Assembly: GCA_049696175.1 (NCBI GenBank)
Contig: JBAVTL010000503.1
Span: 1-35,714, forward strand
Length of the DNA stretch: 35,714 nt
Direction of reading: 5' to 3'
From: Anaeromyxobacteraceae bacterium
GTDB taxonomy: Bacteria; Myxococcota; Myxococcia; Myxococcales; Anaeromyxobacteraceae
Part shown: piece by piece, positions 28,615 through 35,714 of the stretch
Numbering within the stretch: the stretch's first letter is position 1
How the letters are laid out: every line of letters begins with the position of its first letter
Program-made: the position numbers and the translations under genes
Notes under the pieces: generated by a model
The model's input: only the letters and a program-made list of their open reading frames with translations
The model's database searches: none
What the model was told of the DNA's origin: nothing

Positions 28615-30999
28615 ATGCCAGTCGAGTTGGCCCGGTTGCTGCTCTTGCCGCTCGTCTCGGTCGCGGGGACGGGCGCCTTCTGTCTGTGGCGCGCCCGGCG
28701 TCCCCGGGGGCGGCCGCTCGGCGCGAACGCCTCTGCTACGGCGACGCTGCTCGACCGACTGGAGGAAGCCTCACGGTTCGTGAATGACGCCGTGCTGATC
28801 GCCGGCCCCGGCCAGGACCTCCTGTTCGCCAACGACCGCGCCGTCTCGATGCTTGGCTACGCCCGGGACGAGCTCCTCCGGATGAACGTGCGGGAGCTGC
28901 GCGACCCCGCGACCCTGGGGGACTTCGACGCCCGCGTCCGCGAGCAGCTCGAGGCCGGCGCCGCCCGCTTCGAGACGCGCTTCCGCCGCAAGGACGACGT
29001 CAGCCTGGCCGTGGAGGTGAGCATCCGGGTGTTTCAGCTGGAGGGACGGCCGTATTTCCAGGCGACCATCCGCGACGTCACGGAGCGCCGGCGACTGGAG
29101 GAGGCCCTCCGCGCCAGCGAGGAGCGGCTGCGCGCGATCATCATGACGGAGCCCGAGTGCGTGAAGGTCATCGCGCCCGACGGGAAGCTCGTCGAGATGA
29201 ACCCCTCCGGACTCGGCATGCTGGAGGCCGAGTCACTGGCCCACGCCCAGGCGACCCCCCTCGTTGACTTCGTCGATCCCGAGGACCGGCCTGCCTTCGT
29301 CGGGCTGTTGGACACCGTGATGAGCGGGGGGAGCGGACGCCTGCATTTCGGCGTCACCGGGCTCCGCGGCGCGCACCGCACGCTGGAGACCAACGCCGTC
29401 CCCTTGCGCGACGCCGACGGTCGCATCACGGGCCTGCTCGGCGTGACCCGTGACATCACGGAGCGCATGCGGGCCGAGGCGGCGCTCCGGCGGAGCGAGG
29501 AGCGCTTCAGGGAGCTGATCGAGAAGTCGTCGGACCTGCTCCTGGTGCTCGACGCCGACGGTCGGGTCACCTTCGCCAGCCCTTCGTCGGAGGGCGCCCT
29601 CGGCCGCGCGCCCGGGGAGCTCCAGGGGAGGCGCCTCGCGGAGCTCCTCGTCCCCGAGGACCAGCCCCAAGCCGCCGCGGCCCTCGCACGCCTGCGCGAC
29701 GATCGCGGCGGCACGATGAGCCTGGTGGCCCGGGCGGCGCGGTCCGACGGGAGCTGGCGACTGCTCGAGATGGTTGGACGCGACCTGCTCGACGTGCCGG
29801 CGGTGATGGGACTCGTCATCAACGCGCGGGACGTCACCGATCAGCGCCGCCTGGAGGAGCAGCTCGCCCAGGCGCAGAGGCTGGAGAGCATCGGGCGGCT
29901 CGCCGGAGGCATCGCGCACGACTTCAACAACCTGCTCGTGGCGATCCTCTGCAACGTCGAGTTCCTGGAGGAGGGCCTCCGCTCCGGCCATGCCAGGGTG
30001 GAGGACCTCCAGGACATCCGGACGGCGGGGGAGCGGGCCCGCGACCTGACGGCGCAGCTGCTCGCCGTCGCGCGGCGGCAGGTCATCGCGCCGCGGCGGC
30101 TCGACGTCGGTCGCCTGGTGCGGGAGGCGGAGAAGCTCCTCAGCCGGGTGATGGGAGAGGACGTCGCGATGGAGGTCATCCTGGGCGACGGCCTCTGGCC
30201 GATCCAGGGCGACGCCGGGCAGCTGCAGCAGGTCATCCTGAACCTGGCCGTGAACGCCCGGGACGCCATGCCGAAGGGCGGGCGCTTCACGCTCGAGGCC
30301 GCCAACGTCGAGCTGAGCGATCGCCTGGCCGCCTCCCTCCCCGGCGCCACCGCCGGCCCGCACGTCCTGCTGCGGTTCAGCGACACCGGCGAGGGGATGA
30401 CGGATCGGGTCAAGGCCCACGTCTTCGAGCCCTTCTTCACCACCAAGCCGACCGGCCGCGGCACTGGCCTCGGGCTCGCGACCGTGTACGGCATCGTGAA
30501 GCAGAGCGCCGGCTTCATCGAGTGGGAGAGCGAGCTCGGGGTGGGGACCACCTTCCGCATCTACCTGCCCCGCGCCAACCCGGACGCGGCGGAGGACGTG
30601 CCGGCGCTCGCCAGCCCGACGTCCCGGGGCACCGAGACGATCCTCGTGGTGGAGGATGAGCAGGCCGTGCGAGACGTCGCGGTGCGCTCCCTCTCCGGGG
30701 CCGGGTACAAGGTCCTGGCGGCCGCCGGGGGCCGGCAAGCGCTGGACCTGCTCGCGTGCCTGGATCAGCCCCTGCACCTGCTGCTCACCGACGTGGTCAT
30801 GCCCGATGTGTCCGGCAAGGAGGTCGCCGGGGCGGCGAATCGGCTCCGACCTGCGCCGCGCGTGCTCTACATGTCCGGGTACGCCAACGACGCCATCGCG
30901 CACCACGGTGTCCTGGAGCCCGGCGTGGAGTTGCTGGCGAAGCCCTTCACGCCCTCCGGGCTGCTCGCGAGGGTGCGCGCGGTCCTCGACCTGGCGTAG
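28615..30999 (+). CDS. Membrane-anchored multi-PAS hybrid sensor histidine kinase with C-terminal receiver domain
   Basis: Likely start MPVELARLLLLPLVSVAGTGAFCLW at 28615 (one TM). Repeated PAS-type modules (…IRDVTERRRLEEALRASEERLRAI…, …TRDITERMRAEAALRRSEERFRELI…, …ARDVTDQRRLEEQL). HisKA box GGIAHDFNNLL, HATPase N/G boxes NLAVNARDAM and GTGLGLATVYGIV. REC domain ILVVEDEQAVRD…LLLTDVVMPDVSG…K. Confidence 0.92.
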   Translation: MPVELARLLLLPLVSVAGTGAFCLWRARRPRGRPLGANASATATLLDRLEEASRFVNDAVLIAGPGQDLLFANDRAVSMLGYARDELLRMNVRELRDPATLGDFDARVREQLEAGAARFETRFRRKDDVSLAVEVSIRVFQLEGRPYFQATIRDVTERRRLEEALRASEERLRAIIMTEPECVKVIAPDGKLVEMNPSGLGMLEAESLAHAQATPLVDFVDPEDRPAFVGLLDTVMSGGSGRLHFGVTGLRGAHRTLETNAVPLRDADGRITGLLGVTRDITERMRAEAALRRSEERFRELIEKSSDLLLVLDADGRVTFASPSSEGALGRAPGELQGRRLAELLVPEDQPQAAAALARLRDDRGGTMSLVARAARSDGSWRLLEMVGRDLLDVPAVMGLVINARDVTDQRRLEEQLAQAQRLESIGRLAGGIAHDFNNLLVAILCNVEFLEEGLRSGHARVEDLQDIRTAGERARDLTAQLLAVARRQVIAPRRLDVGRLVREAEKLLSRVMGEDVAMEVILGDGLWPIQGDAGQLQQVILNLAVNARDAMPKGGRFTLEAANVELSDRLAASLPGATAGPHVLLRFSDTGEGMTDRVKAHVFEPFFTTKPTGRGTGLGLATVYGIVKQSAGFIEWESELGVGTTFRIYLPRANPDAAEDVPALASPTSRGTETILVVEDEQAVRDVAVRSLSGAGYKVLAAAGGRQALDLLACLDQPLHLLLTDVVMPDVSGKEVAGAANRLRPAPRVLYMSGYANDAIAHHGVLEPGVELLAKPFTPSGLLARVRAVLDLA

Positions 31000-31036
31000 G
31001 GGCTGGGGCTCCGGAGGCAATTGAGTGGCGACTCTC

Positions 31037-31065
31037 TTGCCAGTGCAAGTAGATGGGCCTAGTGT
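31037..31065 (+). promoter_or_regulatory. Candidate sigma-70-type promoter with an overlapping short inverted repeat upstream of the parS/RES genes
   Basis: TTGCCA (31037-31042), 17-nt spacer, TAGTGT (31060-31065), in a locally less GC-rich patch. cttgc-cagt-gcaag inverted repeat at 31036-31049. Confidence 0.3.
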
Positions 31066-31111
31066 TTCACATGCAACGCGTGGTGCCTCAGCGGCCCAGT
31101 CACGGGGGTAG

Positions 31112-31486
31112 GTGATGCGTCCCAGGCTTCGGTCCGTTTCGCCCGACCAGGCGGCCGTCCTGACCAAGGCTACCCGGCGTGCCGCCGAGCATCTCGGCCT
31201 CTCCGACGCGGCGCTCGCCGACGTCCTGGGAGTGAGCCCGTCGTCGGTCTCCAGGCTCGGTGACTCGCGGAACATCGACCCCGCCAGCCGCGAGGGCGAG
31301 TGCGCGCTCCTCCTGCTCAGGATCTTCCGTGGCCTCGACTCGTTGCTCGGCGACGTCGGGAGCTGCAAGAAGTGGATGGCAGCCAACAACAACCACCTGC
31401 GCGGCGTGCCGGCGGAGCTCGTCCGGTCCGTCGAGGGGCTCGTGAATGTCACCCGGTATCTGGATGCGATGCGGGGGAAGCTCTAG
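31112..31486 (+). CDS. Xre-like/DUF2384 antitoxin (ParS/MbcA family)
   Basis: N-terminal HTH-like LGLSDAALADVLGVSPSSVSRL. C-terminal RIFRGLDSLLGDVGSCKKWMAANNNHLRGVPAELVRSVEGLVNVTRYLDAM is the RES-toxin-binding DUF2384 pattern. Start is GTG 31112 or ATG 31115. Confidence 0.8.
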   Translation: MMRPRLRSVSPDQAAVLTKATRRAAEHLGLSDAALADVLGVSPSSVSRLGDSRNIDPASREGECALLLLRIFRGLDSLLGDVGSCKKWMAANNNHLRGVPAELVRSVEGLVNVTRYLDAMRGKL

Positions 31487-32210
31487 CCTCCGCAGCATCG
31501 AGAGCAAGCCGTGGCGGGTGGTGGAGTCCCAGCAGCGGATCTCCACGCGCGTCCTCGTCGACTCCGACGCCGAGCATGAGCTCCTCGAGGCCCTCATCGA
31601 GGAGAGCAAGCCGCCGGTCCCCGACGAGGCGGAAGACCTCGACTTCCTGCTCTTCTCTCCCTTCCGCTACCCGCCACTGGAGCACGGATCGCGCTTCGGG
31701 CGGCCTGACGAGCCGTCGCTCTGGTACGGGTCCGAGTCGGTCGAGACGGCCCTCGCCGAGATGGCCTACTACCGGCTCGTCTTCTTCGAGGGGACAGCGG
31801 CCGACCTCCTCCCCAACCAGCTCCGTATGTCCGCGTTCAGGGCGGGCGTCGCCTCGAAGTCGGCGGTGGACCTCACCGCGCCCCCCTTCGACCGATTCCG
31901 GGACGCGATCACCTCCAGGACCGACTACGGCGAGCCCCAGCAGCTCGGTTCCGACATGAGGGCCGACGGCGTCGAGCTCTTCCGCTTCCCGTCGGCGCGC
32001 GCCCCGAAGCAGGGCCTGAACGTGGCGCTCTTCACGCCCAAGGCATTCGTCCTCAAGGAGCCGCTCGAGCCTTCGACCACCTGGACCTGCACCGTGACGG
32101 CCCGGCGCGACGTCTCCTGGTTGCGCGAGGGAGCAGGAAGCCATGAGCGGTTCGAGTTCCCGCGCGCCATCTTCCTCGTGGACGGGAAGCTCCCTGGGCC
32201 CGCGCTGTAG
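31464..32210 (+). CDS. RES-domain toxin (NAD+-targeting ParT/MbcT family)
   Basis: Overlaps the antitoxin 3' end (ATG 31464, alternative 31446). WRVVESQQRISTRVLVDSDAEHELLEALIEESKP. R-E-S signature: GSRFG, ALAEMAYY, FRFPSARAPKQGLNVALF. Confidence 0.85.
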   Translation: MRCGGSSSLRSIESKPWRVVESQQRISTRVLVDSDAEHELLEALIEESKPPVPDEAEDLDFLLFSPFRYPPLEHGSRFGRPDEPSLWYGSESVETALAEMAYYRLVFFEGTAADLLPNQLRMSAFRAGVASKSAVDLTAPPFDRFRDAITSRTDYGEPQQLGSDMRADGVELFRFPSARAPKQGLNVALFTPKAFVLKEPLEPSTTWTCTVTARRDVSWLREGAGSHERFEFPRAIFLVDGKLPGPAL

Positions 32211-32252
32211 AAGCCGAACTTCGAACACCAGGGCGGTTATGATGCGCCGCCC

Positions 32253-34964
32253 TTGGCCACCCACTTCACACTCACCCTCACCCCCGCCGGCCACGTCCTT
32301 CCCCGTCCGGCCGCCCCGGACGAGCCGGGGCCGGCGCCGGCCGTCGCCCTGAGGATCCAGGCGGCCTTCGAGCGCGGGCACGGGGCGGGGCTCCTCCACC
32401 TGGGCGCCGCCGAGGCGCGGACGGCGCTTCCGCCCGTCTTCAACTTCTGGCGCGACCTTGGTCGCGCCTTCATCGCAGCGCTCTGCGCCCTCCCCGACCT
32501 CGAGGAGCGGCGCGAGCGCGCCGACCCCGTGCCGCGCGACGGGGCGCTGGAGCGGCTCGCCTCCTCGGCGCCGCTCCTGCCGGGCGGCGAGTACCTCTCG
32601 CCCGAAGTCCTCCACGCGCTCTGGCGCGACCTCCTCGCCGCCTGGCGCGCCGAGCTCACGTCGGCTCGCGGCACCGTCCAGGACTGGCTCGCAGCGAAGG
32701 ACCCGGCCTGGAGCGTCGTCGGGCGCGTCCACCTCCACCTCGCCGAGAACAAGCGCGATCTCGAACGGCCCTTCGCCTTCCTCGCCAGCTACACGACCGG
32801 CCTCACCGCGAGCGGCAAGCCACAGCACCGGCCGCTCGGGGAGGCCGTTCGCGAGGCCTCCTCGGCCGCCGACCGTCGGCGCCTCCTGGCGCTCCTGCAG
32901 CCGGTCCAGCGCGCCTCGGAGCGCAGCCCGCTCGTGAAGGCGCTGGCCGACTCCGGCAGGCTCTTCCAACCGCAGGCCTGGACGCCCTCCGAGGCCCACC
33001 GCTTCCTTCGCGAGGTCCCCTCGCTGGAGGAGAGCGGTGTCGTCGTTCGTGTGCCCGACTGGTGGAGCAGCCGCCATCCGCCCCGCCCGCGCGTGACGGT
33101 CTCGGTGGGGGAGCGGAAGCCCGCGGCGCTGGGGCTCGACGCGATCCTCGACTTCTCTGTGCGGCTCACGCTCGGAGAGGAGGAGGTGACCGAGGCGGAG
33201 CTTCGCAAGCTTCGCGAGCACACCGACGGGCTGGTCCTCCTGAAGGGGCGCTGGGTCGAGGTGGACCGCGAGCGGCTGGACGAGCTGCTCCGCCGCTGGA
33301 AGGCCGCGCAGCGGAGCGCCGGCGAGGGGCTCTCGTTCATCGAAGCGATGCGGCTCGTCGCGGGGGCGGACCTCGCGAGCGGGACGGCAGCGGCGGAGGT
33401 TGACCGCGAATGGGAAGGCGTGCGGCCGGGCGCGTGGCTCGCCGAGACGCTCGCCGAGCTTCGCGGAGCCGGAGGCGCGGGGCTGGACGCGCAGGCGGAC
33501 CCCGGCGACGCGCTTCACGCGGACCTCCGCCCCTACCAGCGCGACGGCGTCCGCTGGCTCTGGTTCCTCTCGCGCCTCGGCCTCGGCGGCTGCCTCGCCG
33601 ACGACATGGGGCTCGGCAAGACGGTGCAGGTCCTGGCGCTCCTGCTCCTCCTGAAGCGCCACAGGACGGTCCCCGGGCCCCACCTCCTCGTCGTCCCCGC
33701 CTCGCTCCTCGCCAACTGGAAGGCGGAGGCCGAGCGGTTCGCGCCCTCGCTGAAGATGCTCGTCGCCCACCCGTCGGCGACGCCGCGGGACGAGCTGGCT
33801 GCGCTCGGGCCGGAGTCGCTCGCCGGTCTGGACGTGGTGGTCGTGACGTACGGTGGCGTCCATCGCCTCCCATGGCTCGCCTCCACTCGCTTCGGGCTCG
33901 TCGTCCTCGACGAGGCGCAGGCGATCAAGAACCCCGGCGCGCGCCAGACGCGGGCGGTGAAGGCGCTCGGCTCGCGGCTGCGGCTCGCCCTCACAGGCAC
34001 CCCCGTCGAGAACCGGGCCGGCGACCTCTGGTCGCTCTTCGACTTCGTGAACCCGGGGCTGCTCGGCTCGCCGAAGGAGTTCGGGACGTTCCTGAAGCGC
34101 GCCGAGGGCGACGCGCCCTACGCGGCACTTCGCGAGCTGGTCCGGCCCTACATCCTGCGCCGGCTCAAGACCGACCGCACCGTGATCGCCGACCTGCCGG
34201 ACAAGACGGAGGTGAAGGCCTGGTGCGCCCTCACGAAGCGGCAGGCGGCGCTCTACCAGGAGTCGGTCGAGTCACTGACCCGCGAGCTGCAGTCGCTCGC
34301 GCCAGCCGACCGGATGCGCAGGCGTGGCCTCGTCCTCTCATACCTCCTGCGGCTCAAGCAGATCTGCAATCACCCCTCGCAGTGGCTCGGCGACGGCGGG
34401 TGGGCCCCTGAAGAGAGCGGCAAGCTCGCGCGCCTCGCCGAGCTCGCCGAGGTGGTGGCGTCGCGCCAGGAGAAGGCGCTCGTCTTCACGCAGTTCCGCG
34501 AGGTGACCGCGCCGCTCGCTCGCTTCCTCGCGGACGCGTTCGGCAGGCCCGGGCTCGTCCTCACCGGCGAGACGAAGGTCCGCGAGCGCGCGGAGCTGGT
34601 ACGCCGCTTCCAGGAGGACGAGGCGCTCCCCTTCTTCGTGCTCTCGCTCAAGGCCGGCGGCACGGGGCTCAACCTCACCGCCGCGACGCACGTCATCCAC
34701 TTCGATCGGTGGTGGAACCCCGCGGTCGAGAACCAGGCGACCGACCGCGCCTTCCGCATCGGCCAGAAGAAGGGGGTCCTCGTGCACAAGCTCGTCTGCC
34801 GGGGGACGGTCGAGGAGCGGATCGACGCGATGCTGGAGTCGAAGCAGGCCCTCTCGCGCGAGCTGCTCGAGGGGGGCGACGAGCTGAAGCTGACTGAGCT
34901 GGACGACCGCGCACTCTTGAAGATGGTCTCGCTGGACCTGAGGGGCGCGAGCGCGGAGCGCTGA
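32253..34964 (+). CDS. SNF2-family helicase/ATPase with long bacterial SNF2-associated N-terminal region
   Basis: LRPYQRDGVRWLWFL…LADDMGLGKTVQ (motif I), VVLDEAQAIKN (II), LALTGTPVENR (III), FTQF…LSLKAGGTGLNLT…HFDRWWNPAVENQATDRAFRIGQ (IV-VI). The only nearby start is TTG at 32253, with no obvious SD. Confidence 0.92.
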   Translation: MATHFTLTLTPAGHVLPRPAAPDEPGPAPAVALRIQAAFERGHGAGLLHLGAAEARTALPPVFNFWRDLGRAFIAALCALPDLEERRERADPVPRDGALERLASSAPLLPGGEYLSPEVLHALWRDLLAAWRAELTSARGTVQDWLAAKDPAWSVVGRVHLHLAENKRDLERPFAFLASYTTGLTASGKPQHRPLGEAVREASSAADRRRLLALLQPVQRASERSPLVKALADSGRLFQPQAWTPSEAHRFLREVPSLEESGVVVRVPDWWSSRHPPRPRVTVSVGERKPAALGLDAILDFSVRLTLGEEEVTEAELRKLREHTDGLVLLKGRWVEVDRERLDELLRRWKAAQRSAGEGLSFIEAMRLVAGADLASGTAAAEVDREWEGVRPGAWLAETLAELRGAGGAGLDAQADPGDALHADLRPYQRDGVRWLWFLSRLGLGGCLADDMGLGKTVQVLALLLLLKRHRTVPGPHLLVVPASLLANWKAEAERFAPSLKMLVAHPSATPRDELAALGPESLAGLDVVVVTYGGVHRLPWLASTRFGLVVLDEAQAIKNPGARQTRAVKALGSRLRLALTGTPVENRAGDLWSLFDFVNPGLLGSPKEFGTFLKRAEGDAPYAALRELVRPYILRRLKTDRTVIADLPDKTEVKAWCALTKRQAALYQESVESLTRELQSLAPADRMRRRGLVLSYLLRLKQICNHPSQWLGDGGWAPEESGKLARLAELAEVVASRQEKALVFTQFREVTAPLARFLADAFGRPGLVLTGETKVRERAELVRRFQEDEALPFFVLSLKAGGTGLNLTAATHVIHFDRWWNPAVENQATDRAFRIGQKKGVLVHKLVCRGTVEERIDAMLESKQALSRELLEGGDELKLTELDDRALLKMVSLDLRGASAER

Positions 34965-34986
34965 CGCGCGGGACTGGAGACGGAAC

Positions 34987-35714
34987 ATGGGCTACGGCAA
35001 CTACTACGGATTTCCACCTTACGTGCCGGTGGCGGAGCGGAGGCGGCGCGCGGCGAAGAAGCTCGCGCAGCTCCGGAAGCAGGGGCGCGAGCCCGCGCCG
35101 GTCGCCATCGCGGGGCGCGAGATCGCCACGACCTTCTGGGGCAAGGCCTGGTGCGACCACCTCGAGGCGCACGCCGACCTCGCGAGCCGCCTGCCCCGCG
35201 GCAAGACCTACGTGCGGAACGGCTCCGTGATCGACCTTCGGATCTCGGAGGGAGAGGTCCGCGCCCTCGTCTCGGGCACCGAGATCTACGACGTGAAGGT
35301 GAGGATTCGGCCGCTCGCGCCGGCGCGCTGGAAGACCGTGCGCGGCGACTGCGCCGGCCAGATCGCGTCGGTGGTCGAGCTCCTGACGGGCAAGCTCTCG
35401 ACGGCGGTGATGGAGCAGCTCTGCCACCGGCAGAAGGGGCTCTTCCCCGCGACGCGCGAGCTCGACCTGTCCTGCTCGTGCCCCGACGGCGCCTGGCTCT
35501 GCAAGCACCTCGCCGCGACTCTCTACGGCGTGGGCGCGAGGCTCGATCACGCCCCCGAGCTGCTCTTCACGCTCCGCGGCGTGGACGGGGCCGAGCTGGT
35601 GGCTGCGGCGGGGAAGGCGGGGGCGCTGAAGACCGCGGCCGCGACGGACCGCTCGATCGGCGGCGAGGAGCTGGCCGAGATCTTCGGGATCGAGCTGGAG
35701 GATGGTGCGCCGCC
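34987..35714 (+). CDS. SWIM zinc-finger protein (SNF2-partner family), 3'-truncated by the window edge
   Basis: Not in the supplied ORF track because there is no stop in the window. My translation from ATG 34987 is open to the end: MGYGNYYGFPPYVPVAERRRRAAKKLAQLRKQGREPAPVAIAGREIATTFWGKAWCDHLE…RGKTYVRNGSVIDL…LSCSCPDGAWLCKHLAATLYGVGARLD. CxCx6CxH SWIM motif at 35473-35518. GGAG lies 9 nt upstream of the ATG. Confidence 0.88.
   Translation, partial: MGYGNYYGFPPYVPVAERRRRAAKKLAQLRKQGREPAPVAIAGREIATTFWGKAWCDHLEAHADLASRLPRGKTYVRNGSVIDLRISEGEVRALVSGTEIYDVKVRIRPLAPARWKTVRGDCAGQIASVVELLTGKLSTAVMEQLCHRQKGLFPATRELDLSCSCPDGAWLCKHLAATLYGVGARLDHAPELLFTLRGVDGAELVAAAGKAGALKTAAATDRSIGGEELAEIFGIELEDGAP

Noticed and set aside
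29233-33863. Two very long minus-strand ORFs (739 aa at 29233..31452 and 804 aa at 31449..33863)
   Set aside because: They are antisense to the histidine kinase, RES and SNF2 genes. The sequences are low complexity with no motifs. They are artefacts of stop-codon scarcity in GC-rich DNA.

Overview
The window is very GC-rich and gene-dense. The gene content suggests a Myxococcota or Anaeromyxobacter-like chromosome, but that is a low-confidence guess. I saw no rRNA, tRNA, CRISPR array, transposase or integrase. Many long ORFs in the track are Arg/Pro/Gly/Asp-rich shadow frames of real genes, and I rejected them.

Reading left to right:
- 2-553: 3' end of a probable outer-membrane protein gene.
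- 637-5906: aryl/indolepyruvate oxidoreductase cluster, iorA-iorB-paaK-ACT-paaK.
- 5983-11173: arsenic island. arsR-acr3-arsC runs one way. A thioredoxin lipoprotein, CcdA, a DUF318/ArsP-type permease, a small redox-active disulfide protein and a short PBP-like protein run the other way.
- 11283-13348: Zn-dependent alcohol dehydrogenase and aldo/keto reductase.
- 13442-16617: DHCR24-like FAD reductase, divergent from an ABC-2 exporter pair.
- 16666-19542: a 958-aa fusion of a RelE/ParE-like N-domain, an SF1 helicase core and an ankyrin-containing C-terminal region, preceded by a lipoprotein gene.
- 20217-22367: rsgA, phnA and a PhnB-like VOC protein.
- 22601-23602: ParD-like/zeta-like toxin-antitoxin pair.
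- 23620-26050: a roughly 2.4 kb module (membrane protein, AraC regulator, SAM methyltransferase, chimeric small ORF) bracketed by a 137-bp imperfect direct repeat that copies the zeta gene 3' end.
- 26157-28482: DMT transporter, LysR regulator and a truncated flavodoxin-like gene.
- 28615-30999: multi-PAS hybrid histidine kinase.
- 31112-35714: co-directional Xre/DUF2384 antitoxin, RES toxin, SNF2 helicase and SWIM zinc-finger genes. The SWIM gene runs off the window and is absent from the ORF track.

The two best candidates for an undescribed system are the stand-alone toxin-fold/helicase/ankyrin fusion and the RES-ParS module abutting the SNF2-SWIM pair.

All family calls rest on motif recognition by eye. 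Start codons are often uncertain, and no database search was possible.
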